From an uncultured Alphaproteobacteria bacterium (GTDB taxonomy: Bacteria; Pseudomonadota; Alphaproteobacteria; HIMB59; GCA-002718135): a DNA stretch of 64,000 nucleotides. This document shows, in pieces, positions 50,607 to 59,247 of the stretch. Below the pieces are notes generated by a model. It was not told the DNA's origin. It saw only the letters and a program-made list of their open reading frames with translations, and did not search any database. A program made the position numbers and the translations under genes. The stretch is taken from positions 9,861-73,860 of the forward strand of contig CACHAQ010000001.1 in assembly GCA_902577905.1 (NCBI GenBank). Reading direction: 5' to 3'. Positions within the stretch are counted from its first letter, which is position 1. Each line of letters starts with the position of its first letter.

Positions 50607-51449
50607 ATGCTAGCTTATATCCTTAATATATCCGGTTGGCTTTTATTACCTTTTATGGACGGTATAGCTAAATACCTATCTTCTGAAATGCATTTTATTC
50701 AAATTATTTGGGGTAGATATTTTTTTATGATTTTAGTAAGTTTTCCTTTAGCTTTAATTTTTTTTAGAAAAGAAATTAAGTTTCCTAAAAATATTTCAGT
50801 ACAGCTATTTAGGGGATTTTTTTTATTCCTCTCAACTGTTTTTTTCTTTTATGCAATTTCAATTATATCTTTGGCTCAAGCTTTAACTCTTGCTTTTGTT
50901 TCTCCAATAATAGTAACAATTTTATCAATATTTTATTTAAAAGAAAAAGTAGGTATTCATCGTTGGTCTGCAGTTATCATTGGTTTTATTGGTGTTTTAA
51001 TAATCATAAGACCAGGATATTTAGAAATCAATTTTGCTTCTATTTCAGCTATTGGTGCAGGAACAGCTTATGCATTTTATATAATATACACACGTAAGTT
51101 ATCATTTATTGATAGTCCTGTAGTTACATTGCTTTTTACCGGTGTTGTAGGCTGTATATTAATTTCATTAATTTTACCTTATTATTGGACAAATATAGAT
51201 TTGAGACAATTACTATTATTAATTTTGCTAGCTTCTATTGGAGCTCTAGCACATTTTTTAATTATTTTATCTTTAAGGCTTGGTGAGGCTTCTAAATTAG
51301 CACCTTTGGGTTATTTTGAAATATCTACAAATATATTAGTTGGTTATATTTTTTTTGGTGATCTGCCAGATATTTGGATTTATTTAGGCTTATCATTAAT
51401 AGTATTTAGCGGTATTTATATTTTCATTAGAGAGAATAAAAAAACTTAA
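50607..51449 (+). CDS. DMT/EamA family transporter
   Basis: DGIAKYL, LKEKVGIHRW, IIRPG, LAPLGY. Confidence 0.88.
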   Translation: MLAYILNISGWLLLPFMDGIAKYLSSEMHFIQIIWGRYFFMILVSFPLALIFFRKEIKFPKNISVQLFRGFFLFLSTVFFFYAISIISLAQALTLAFVSPIIVTILSIFYLKEKVGIHRWSAVIIGFIGVLIIIRPGYLEINFASISAIGAGTAYAFYIIYTRKLSFIDSPVVTLLFTGVVGCILISLILPYYWTNIDLRQLLLLILLASIGALAHFLIILSLRLGEASKLAPLGYFEISTNILVGYIFFGDLPDIWIYLGLSLIVFSGIYIFIRENKKT

Positions 51450-51450
51450 A

Positions 51451-52305
51451 TTAATTTGATTTTCTAGTTGTTTGATAAATAAATATAGCAACTGATCCTA
51501 GTAACAAAATACCACCAATTATTGTATTCAATGGAGGAACTTCTTTAATAACAAACCAAACCCATGTTGTTCCTAAAACACTTTCAAGTAAAAAAATTAA
51601 AGCTACTTCATGTGCAGGAGCAAATTTAGGAGAAATCGTCATAATCATAAATGGTATTGGCAAAATTATTAAGCACATAATTATAATTAAAATAAATTGA
51701 TCATTATTTAAATTAAAATTGATACCAAATGGAAGAGCATAAATTGCTGAAATTAAGCATCCCAATAAACAAGCTGGTACTAAATCTTTATTTTTAAATA
51801 ACCTTACAAGAACCATACTAAAACCCATACCTATGGCTACAACAAGAGCCATTAAATCTCCGTATAAACCAGTAGTTGTAAAGCTTCCTACACCAATTAT
51901 TATCATCGCTAACATTGCTATTAAGATTACTATCCACGTAAAAAGACTAGGTATTTCTTTAAGTATGAAAACTGAAAATAAAGCTGCAAAAATTGGTGCG
52001 GAAGCAATTAATACTAGTGTATTTGCTACAGCAGTATTCTGAATTGAATATACAAAACAAATATGAGTTATAGCATAAAGAATAGCATATATTATTCCTG
52101 GTACACCAATCAGATAAAATGATTTAACAAATGCTTCTTGGTATGTATAAATAAGAAAAATAAATATTGTTACAATTGGTAAAGCGCTTCTATAAAATAT
52201 TAAACTAAAATCATCTAAATCTACTAATCTAATTAATAAACTGTCAGGGCTAAGAATTAAAACTCCAATAAATGATAATATAAGACCTTTATTTCTAGTT
52301 TTCAT
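51451..52305 (-). CDS. DMT/EamA family transporter
   Basis: LSPDSLLIR, SAPIFAA, LLESVLG. Confidence 0.85.
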   Translation of the reverse strand: MKTRNKGLILSFIGVLILSPDSLLIRLVDLDDFSLIFYRSALPIVTIFIFLIYTYQEAFVKSFYLIGVPGIIYAILYAITHICFVYSIQNTAVANTLVLIASAPIFAALFSVFILKEIPSLFTWIVILIAMLAMIIIGVGSFTTTGLYGDLMALVVAIGMGFSMVLVRLFKNKDLVPACLLGCLISAIYALPFGINFNLNNDQFILIIIMCLIILPIPFMIMTISPKFAPAHEVALIFLLESVLGTTWVWFVIKEVPPLNTIIGGILLLGSVAIFIYQTTRKSN

Positions 52306-52373
52306 AAATATTTGAAAATAAATAGATAAATAATATATCTATCAGTATCATACTTTAAATCACACTTGTTTTT

Positions 52374-52781
52374 ATGAAAAAACTACTTTTTTTATGTTTA
52401 ATTTTTGTATCATTAAATACTAAAGCCATAGATTCTAATAAATTAATAAATCTTAATGATTTAAATATCCTTTTTGAATTTCAAAAAAATGATTGGAATG
52501 AAAATGTTCTTTTTCTTATAAAAAAAAATTCATTTGCTAAAGTGGATAATGAATCTGATACGTTTAAGTTAAAAGTAATATTTAAAGATGGTGAAATAAT
52601 TACAATGCCAATATTTTCTAATAACATCGTTAAAAAAATTAGGTTTGAATATATTTATTTTGATCATAAAAAAGAAAATTTAAAAATTATAAAGGATCAT
52701 TTTAATTCGTTTAAAAATTATTGCTTTGAATATCTCTATAATGATAAGTCTATACAAGCAGTTATTTCTAAATGTAATTAG
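52374..52781 (+). CDS. Hypothetical exported protein
   Basis: MKK plus hydrophobic signal ending TKA; no recognised domain. Confidence 0.6.
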   Translation: MKKLLFLCLIFVSLNTKAIDSNKLINLNDLNILFEFQKNDWNENVLFLIKKNSFAKVDNESDTFKLKVIFKDGEIITMPIFSNNIVKKIRFEYIYFDHKKENLKIIKDHFNSFKNYCFEYLYNDKSIQAVISKCN

Positions 52782-53685
52782 TAAAAACTATTGATGTAGC
52801 TTTAAAAATTAAACTGTGTCTTTTAGCTAACTCTAATTTATCATTTGAATATCCGCCACCTATTACTGTTGCAATGGGAATTGACTTATTCTTAAAAAAT
52901 TCTAGTACTGTAATATCTCTTTTTAATAATCCTGCAGTTGTTATTTTTAAATTTCCTAATTTATCATTCTCATGAATATCAACTCCAGTATCAAATATTA
53001 CCAAATCTGGATTAAAATTTTTTATACAACTATTAAGAGTTTGATTTAATATTTTCAAATACTCATCATCTTCTAAATTATCATCTAATTCAACATCCAT
53101 GTCACTTATTGATTTTCTAAACGGAAAATTATTTTTACAATGAATAGAACATGTAAAAATTTCATTATTATCTTTAAGGATTGATGCTGTACCATCTCCT
53201 TGATGTACATCGGTATCAAAAATTAATATTTTTTTAACTAGTTGTTCTCTTATCAAGTGTAATGAAGCATAAGCCATATCATTAAAAACGCAATATCCTG
53301 ATCCAAAATCTCTATGACTATGATGTGTGCCACCAGCTAAATGATTTGCTATCCCATTCTTAATTGCTTCTTTGCATGTTAATAAAGTTCCATTAACTGC
53401 TAAAAATGAACGATTAGAAAGTGTTTCTGACCATTTAAAACCCAATCTTCTTATTTCTTTATCGGATAAACCACCATTTTTAATTTTTAATATGTAATCC
53501 AAATCATGGCATATAGAAAGCTCATCAACACTTGCTTTTTGAGGACTGAGAATGTTTGCACGATGATAAAAATCTAAATTTTTTAACTCATTATACAAAT
53601 CTGAAAACTTACTGGCAGTAAATTTATGATTTTCTGGCAGAGAAATGTCATAATCTTCATGTGTTACCCAACTGATTTTTTTCAT
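52768..53685 (-). CDS. Histone deacetylase-family Zn amidohydrolase (class IV-like)
   Basis: HKF, GGTHH, GYCVFND, DTDVHQGDGT, GVD, GGGY; AAGAGG RBS. Confidence 0.92.
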   Translation of the reverse strand: MKKISWVTHEDYDISLPENHKFTASKFSDLYNELKNLDFYHRANILSPQKASVDELSICHDLDYILKIKNGGLSDKEIRRLGFKWSETLSNRSFLAVNGTLLTCKEAIKNGIANHLAGGTHHSHRDFGSGYCVFNDMAYASLHLIREQLVKKILIFDTDVHQGDGTASILKDNNEIFTCSIHCKNNFPFRKSISDMDVELDDNLEDDEYLKILNQTLNSCIKNFNPDLVIFDTGVDIHENDKLGNLKITTAGLLKRDITVLEFFKNKSIPIATVIGGGYSNDKLELAKRHSLIFKATSIVFTNYI

Positions 53686-53728
53686 AAATTTGCCTCTTTT
53701 TAACTCAATTTATGCCTAAATTAATATG

Positions 53729-53816
53729 TACATAGGTTATGTGGCACTAATCTACCAATATATATTTAGTGAGTAAATGTATTCTATCCATAAAGTATTA
53801 GTGTCACAACCATATG
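53729..53816 (+). ncRNA. Candidate structured RNA/element, copy 1
   Basis: GGTT..TGTGGCACTAAT pairs with ATTAGTGTCACA.AACC; inner hairpin ATATTTA-GTGAG-TAAATGT; mismatches are G-U compatible on the + strand. Confidence 0.45.
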
Positions 53817-53885
53817 GAATTTATTTTAATATTTGATTTATTAATTATTTGTTTAGTTGGTTTTTTAATTGTTAATTTTTATTGA
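53814..53885 (+). CDS. Putative 23-aa hydrophobic peptide
   Basis: MEFILIFDLLIICLVGFLIVNFY; ATG lies at the base of the upstream hairpin; no SD. Confidence 0.3.
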   Translation: MEFILIFDLLIICLVGFLIVNFY

Positions 53886-53916
53886 ATAAATAACCAATTT
53901 TAATAATATTTAAATA

Positions 53917-54696
53917 ATGAAAGATTTTTATGAACGTAATGGTTATTTCTCACCATTGAAAATTTATAACGCAAAAGAAGCAAATTTTTTTAGAAGCAAA
54001 TTAGAAGACACAGAAAAAAAACTAGGTAAACTTCATTATATTGTAAAAACTTATACAATAATGAAATGGGTATATGAAATAGCTATTAATAAAATTTTGC
54101 TTGATTTTGTTGAAGAAATAATTGGTAAAAATATATTATTATATAATGCAACTTTTATAATAAAAGAACCAAATACAAAAACACATGTAAGTTGGCATCA
54201 AGATCTTACCTATTGGGGTTTTGATAATAATGAAAAACAAGTTAGTGCATGGCTTGCTTTATCAAAAACTAATGATCAAAGTGGGTGTATGCAGATGATA
54301 CCAGGTTCTCATAAAAATGGTTTTTTTGAACATCATTCAACTGAAGATAAAAATAATGTTTTATTAAGAGGTCAAACTGTAAAAGATATTGATATTAATA
54401 ATGCAGTTTCATGCCCCCTAGAACCTGGTGAAGTTTCCTTTCATCATGGTTTAACATTACACGCATCTCAACCCAATTCTAGTAATGATCGAAGAATAGG
54501 ATTAAATTTCCAATTTATTTCTACAGATATGAAACAATTAAAAAGCAAAAATGATAGTGCTATTTGTGTAAGAGGTGAGGATCAATATAAATATTTTAAA
54601 ACAGATAAAATAGCTAAGGATGATTTTGACCATGATGCTTATCAACATCTTCTCGAACTTAATAATCATTATAATAAAATAATTAGAAAAAATTAA
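53917..54696 (+). CDS. Phytanoyl-CoA dioxygenase (PhyH) family Fe/2OG oxygenase
   Basis: WHQD, IPGSH, HASQPN, RRIG. Confidence 0.9.
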   Translation: MKDFYERNGYFSPLKIYNAKEANFFRSKLEDTEKKLGKLHYIVKTYTIMKWVYEIAINKILLDFVEEIIGKNILLYNATFIIKEPNTKTHVSWHQDLTYWGFDNNEKQVSAWLALSKTNDQSGCMQMIPGSHKNGFFEHHSTEDKNNVLLRGQTVKDIDINNAVSCPLEPGEVSFHHGLTLHASQPNSSNDRRIGLNFQFISTDMKQLKSKNDSAICVRGEDQYKYFKTDKIAKDDFDHDAYQHLLELNNHYNKIIRKN

Positions 54697-54742
54697 ATTA
54701 TATTCACAGAAAATTAAAGATAATATATTTATAAAAATTTAG

Positions 54743-54770
54743 GTGATTGGTTTATTAACAAACCAATCAC
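54743..54770. terminator. Intrinsic terminator hairpin between convergent phyH-like and cupin genes
   Basis: Perfect 11-bp stem GTGATTGGTTT/AAACCAATCAC, 6-nt loop; T-run follows shortly on the minus strand. Confidence 0.75.
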
Positions 54771-54778
54771 TTATAATA

Positions 54779-55141
54779 TTATTTTTTCCAAGGACCAAAA
54801 TCTTTTTGATCTGATGTAAACTCATAAGATATAAATTCATCATCGCTTACAATCCAACCATCATGACCAGGAGCTAAATAGTAAGCATCACCTGCCTTAA
54901 AATAATCTTCTGAACCATCATCATGTTTTACTTTCATCTCACCTTGTACCACAACACCAACATGCCCAGCTTGACAACTATCTGTTCCTACAATTGGTTT
55001 GATACATGAGCTCCAACTCCAACCAGGCTGTAAAGTTGTTTTGCTTAATGTTACATTACCTAAAGTTACTGTGGATGAATGAGCTTTATCTGGAGTTTTA
55101 ATTTCTCCTTCAGAAAATGATTTTCTCATTACATTAGACAT
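54779..55141 (-). CDS. Cupin-domain protein
   Basis: LQPGWSWS, CQAGHVG, GDAYYLAPGHDGW; AGGAG RBS. Confidence 0.85.
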   Translation of the reverse strand: MSNVMRKSFSEGEIKTPDKAHSSTVTLGNVTLSKTTLQPGWSWSSCIKPIVGTDSCQAGHVGVVVQGEMKVKHDDGSEDYFKAGDAYYLAPGHDGWIVSDDEFISYEFTSDQKDFGPWKK

Positions 55142-55296
55142 TATACATCTCCTATTATTTGTTACTATTAAGATTATATTAACATTATTTTTATAAAAAT
55201 ACCTATATGTAATAAAATAACATAATAATATTAATTGCTATTTATAATTAAGTATAAAATTTATTTATAAATTAATTTTTTTTGATGAGATAGTAA

Positions 55297-56451
55297 ATGA
55301 AAGAATATTTTATTAATATTTACTTAAGAGGTTTTTTAAGTGCATGTATAGCAATTTATATGCCTTTGTTTATGTGGGGTAATACAATTGCTCATCTTCC
55401 ATATTTTATGAATAAAATAGGGATGCCTAGTACATCTTTAGGTTTCTTTTTTATGATCTTATCTGGTATTCAAATAATATTTAGTCAATTTGCAGGAAGA
55501 TTAATCATCCCAAAAATTGGTTCTAAAAACACACTATCAATAGGCATTTTAATTTTTTCATTGTTTCCAATAATTTTGATTAATTCTCAAAATTCTTTTC
55601 ATTTCTTACTTGCTTCTGTGCCTTGTGGTTTTGGTGTCGGTCTTTTTTTTACTACATGTACAGCAATTACAGGAATCGCTGAAAGAGCAACAAATAAAAT
55701 TTTACAACCTCTTTGGGGAGCATTTTTAAGTTTTGGTTTTCTGTGCGGTGCAATTTTCTCATCGCTATGGCAATTTATGAATTTCTCTACATATAATTTA
55801 TTTATTTTATTATCTTTTTTGGGATTGATTGGTTTTTTTCTAATTCGTCAATATGGATTTCCTAGAGAGAAAGATAGTATTGATAAATCTGAAAAATTTA
55901 AATTACCAGAATTAAAAATATTAATTTTTGGTATTTACTTATTTATATTTTATGCCTCTGTTGGAATTGTTGGCGATTGGTCTGCAGTTTGGTTTGAGAA
56001 AGAATTAAAAACAACATTATTTCTTGCAAGTTTAGCTGTTGTTGCCTGGGGGTCGGGAGAGTCAATTGGAAGATTTTTAGGATCTTATTTGATAAAATTA
56101 GTAAATGAAAAATTTGTTGGAGCTTATTTAGGTTTAATTGGTTGTTTTTTATTTTTTCTTTCAATATTAACTATGAACCCTTATATAATATTATCTGGTA
56201 TATTTTTGATAGGATTATGCTCTTCTAATTTTTATCCAGTTGTAATAAGATTTGCCCTCAGACAATCAACTCAAAACATAAACACTACAGCAGCTAATTT
56301 AAGTACTTTAGCAATGGGCGGTTTTTTGATAGGTCCTGCTTTAGTTGGTTTTTCTGCTGATTATTTTGGATTAACTTTTAATGTTCAAGTTTTATGCTTT
56401 ATTTGGTTTGTTAATACAAGTTTGTTTCTTTATAGTGTAAGAAAAAAATAA
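55297..56451 (+). CDS. MFS transporter
   Basis: About 12 TM, GDWSAVW, GRFLG, GFLIGPALVG. Confidence 0.85.
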   Translation: MKEYFINIYLRGFLSACIAIYMPLFMWGNTIAHLPYFMNKIGMPSTSLGFFFMILSGIQIIFSQFAGRLIIPKIGSKNTLSIGILIFSLFPIILINSQNSFHFLLASVPCGFGVGLFFTTCTAITGIAERATNKILQPLWGAFLSFGFLCGAIFSSLWQFMNFSTYNLFILLSFLGLIGFFLIRQYGFPREKDSIDKSEKFKLPELKILIFGIYLFIFYASVGIVGDWSAVWFEKELKTTLFLASLAVVAWGSGESIGRFLGSYLIKLVNEKFVGAYLGLIGCFLFFLSILTMNPYIILSGIFLIGLCSSNFYPVVIRFALRQSTQNINTTAANLSTLAMGGFLIGPALVGFSADYFGLTFNVQVLCFIWFVNTSLFLYSVRKK

Positions 56452-56453
56452 TT

Positions 56454-56873
56454 TTAAATCCCTACAAAACTTATAATTAAATTTCTTTTAAAACTGTTGT
56501 ACCTATGTTCAATAAGATAAATTCCTTGCCAAGTTCCTAGTAGGAGATTTTTATTTTGTATAGGTATTGTAAGTGACGTTTGTGTTAACATACTCTTTAT
56601 ATGTGATGGCATATCATCATCTCCTTCATAACCATGTTTGTATAATGATGCGTCTTCAGGTACAATTTTCTTAAAAAAAGAATTTATATCTTCTAGAACA
56701 TCAGAACTTGCATTTTCCATTATTGTTAGTGAAGCCGATGTATGTTGTATAAATAAATTTAATTGCCCTTTATTGATTGTGTTCTTTGTAATCCAATTAT
56801 TTATTGTATTTGTTATTTCATACATTCCTTGACCTTTTGTATGAATAATCAATTCATCTTGTAAATTTATCAT
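56454..56873 (-). CDS. yjbQ: YjbQ (UPF0047) family protein
   Basis: HTSASL, ENA, DDMPSHIK, LGTWQGIYLIEH. Confidence 0.92.
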   Translation of the reverse strand: MINLQDELIIHTKGQGMYEITNTINNWITKNTINKGQLNLFIQHTSASLTIMENASSDVLEDINSFFKKIVPEDASLYKHGYEGDDDMPSHIKSMLTQTSLTIPIQNKNLLLGTWQGIYLIEHRYNSFKRNLIISFVGI

Positions 56874-56893
56874 TATATAATTTTAAAATGAAC

Positions 56894-56981
56894 TTGTGGC
56901 ACCTACAAGGAGAATTATTATTAATAATAATGAAATGAAAAAAAGAACTATTCTATAAATAAGTGCCACATTTATTATGTA
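56894..56981 (-). ncRNA. Candidate structured RNA/element, copy 2 (also reads as 28-aa hydrophobic ORF 56883-56969)
   Basis: Minus strand TGTGGCACTTAT pairs with GTAGGTGCCACA (G-U compatible on the minus strand); 5' end matches copy 1 at 20 of 26 positions. Confidence 0.4.
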
Positions 56982-57066
56982 TTTCTGAATATTGTTTTAA
57001 TATTGATATAAATAAGGAATAAATGTGTTATCTTATATATAAATTCTTGTTTATTTTGGGTTTCTT

Positions 57067-57957
57067 TTGTTAAATAAAAATCAATTTGCAATTCTTCTAA
57101 TAATTATATCAATAATTTTTGGAACATTAATGGGAACTTTTATTAAACTAGCTCAAGAAGAATTAAACGTTTTTACCACTGGTTTTTTAAGATTTTTTTT
57201 TGGTTTTTTAATTATAATACCATACATTCTTAAAACTAAGTTTAAGGTTTTCAATACTTCAAACTTAAAAATACATATCTTAAGATCAGCATTAAATTTA
57301 CCTGCGATGCTTTTGGGATTTGCAGCATTAGCTATTCTGCCTTTAGAAAAAATAACAGCTATACATTTTGTAGTACCTTTATTGGTTACAATTCTTGCAG
57401 TAATATTTTTAAAAGAAAAAATATATTTATATAGATCTTTAGCATTAATTATTGGATTTTTAGGTGTTTTAATCATTTTAAGACCAGGTATCGTAGATAT
57501 TTCTATTGGCATATATATGGCGCTAACGTCTTCATTAATATGGTCTGTAGTAATTATTTTAACAAAAAAAGTATCTAAGGATGACAGTGCTATAACAATA
57601 TTATCACACCAATATCTTTACATGAGCTTATTTTCATTGCCATTAGTTATTTATTTTTGGGATCAGCCAAATTTAAAAACTATCATTTTCATTTTGTGTG
57701 CAGCAATGTCTGGTACAATCTTGCATATAGCTTTAAATCATGCCTATAAATTAGTTGATGTCTCAATGACTCAACCTTATTCATTTTTGGGTTTAGTTGT
57801 GTCTTCAGTAATTGGTTATTTCGTTTTTAGTGATAAACCAAATTTATATACCTGGTTAGGTGCATCGGTTATATTTTGCAGTGTTATCTTAATTTCTTAT
57901 AGAGAGCTTCAATTAAATAAAGAAATTACAAGAAAGAGATTAGATATTAATTCATAA
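57067..57957 (+). CDS. DMT/EamA family transporter
   Basis: FLKEKI, ILRPG, QPYSF; about 10 TM; TTG start. Confidence 0.85.
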   Translation: MLNKNQFAILLIIISIIFGTLMGTFIKLAQEELNVFTTGFLRFFFGFLIIIPYILKTKFKVFNTSNLKIHILRSALNLPAMLLGFAALAILPLEKITAIHFVVPLLVTILAVIFLKEKIYLYRSLALIIGFLGVLIILRPGIVDISIGIYMALTSSLIWSVVIILTKKVSKDDSAITILSHQYLYMSLFSLPLVIYFWDQPNLKTIIFILCAAMSGTILHIALNHAYKLVDVSMTQPYSFLGLVVSSVIGYFVFSDKPNLYTWLGASVIFCSVILISYRELQLNKEITRKRLDINS

Positions 57958-57999
57958 TATAAATATTTAACATAAATAAATTATATGTATTATTAATTT

Positions 58000-59247
58000 G
58001 TGCAAAATAATTATTTTTATAAATGGATAGATAGTAAAAAAGATGATGAGATAAATAGTTTTAAAGAATGTATTGATTCATATATTTATTTTAAAAAAGA
58101 TGCTTTTCACAAAACAAACAAATTAATTGTAAAAAATCCAGAATTTAATGCTCCAAAATTACTAAAAATAGTTTTATTGCTTTTCTCTAGAGATATACAA
58201 AAAATTTCATTAGCTAGAAAAACTTTAAAATCAATTTCTACCGATAAAGTGAATAATTATTTTCACCAATATTTAGAGATAGTAAATCTGTGGATTAAAA
58301 ATGATTTAAAAAAATTATTAAAAAAATTAGAATTAATTATAAAAGATAATCCCAAAGATATTTTTGCAATCAGATTATTTCATTTTAATAATATTTTCTT
58401 AGGTATTGATGGTAAATTTTTAGATAAACACGAAGAAATACTGAGTAAGTGGTCAAAAAATGATCAACATTACAATTTACTGCTAGGGATGACTAGTTAT
58501 GCTTATGAAGAAAATAATTTAATCGATAAAGCTAAATTTCTAGCCTTAAATTCTCTTGAAAAATCAACTAATGATTTATGGAGTTGGCACGCTCTTTTGC
58601 ATGTACATGATAATGAAAATAACAATTCTATTAATACAAATGATAAATTTAATAAGATTGATTGGTCAATTTATGGGCCAATTAAAAGACATATATGGTG
58701 GCATCAATCATTAATATTATTTTATAATCAAGAATATGAGGAAAGCTTAAAATTATTTGATAAATATTTCTCGTCTTCAGAAATTTTTTATTTAGATTTT
58801 TGTAATGCTTGTTCTTTTTTATTAAGACTCCATTACAAGGGGATAGATGTTAAAGATAGAATGGATAAATTAAAAGATTATGCTGAATATTTTAAAAATC
58901 AACACATACTTCCTTTTATAGATTATCATCTTATTTTTTATTATTCATATTATAATGATCTAGATTATTTTCTGCAACTTGAAGAAAGAATGGAAGAAAA
59001 TTATTTAGAAAATTCTTTTAAAGAAAATTATATTAATTTCTTAAAACCAATTATTCTTAGCATGAAAAAAAATAAACTATTAGATAAAAATATAATTAAA
59101 TCACAATTTAAATACCTTGGGGGTAGTTTTGCTCAAAGAGAACTTATTTTTTTAAGTTTAATCCAAAATACAAAATATGAAAAAAATAAACTTAATTTAA
59201 TATCAGAATATTATAATTATAAATCAGTTTCGAAATTATATGTATAA
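58000..59247 (+). CDS. Tetratricopeptide repeat protein, TTC38-like
   Basis: PKDIFA, GMTSYAYEE, DLWSWHALLHV, HIWWH, GGSFAQRE motifs of the TTC38 family. Confidence 0.75.
   Translation: MQNNYFYKWIDSKKDDEINSFKECIDSYIYFKKDAFHKTNKLIVKNPEFNAPKLLKIVLLLFSRDIQKISLARKTLKSISTDKVNNYFHQYLEIVNLWIKNDLKKLLKKLELIIKDNPKDIFAIRLFHFNNIFLGIDGKFLDKHEEILSKWSKNDQHYNLLLGMTSYAYEENNLIDKAKFLALNSLEKSTNDLWSWHALLHVHDNENNNSINTNDKFNKIDWSIYGPIKRHIWWHQSLILFYNQEYEESLKLFDKYFSSSEIFYLDFCNACSFLLRLHYKGIDVKDRMDKLKDYAEYFKNQHILPFIDYHLIFYYSYYNDLDYFLQLEERMEENYLENSFKENYINFLKPIILSMKKNKLLDKNIIKSQFKYLGGSFAQRELIFLSLIQNTKYEKNKLNLISEYYNYKSVSKLYV

Noticed and set aside
53729-53816. 6S RNA or SRP RNA
   Set aside because: Too short for 6S and not next to its usual neighbours; lacks the SRP GGAA-loop motif
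53740-56970. TGGCAC motifs as sigma-54 promoters, attC sites or dif sites
   Set aside because: None has TTGC at the -12 position; there is no RYYYAAC...GTTRRRY arrangement or XerC/XerD 11-6-11 layout; no recombinase in the window
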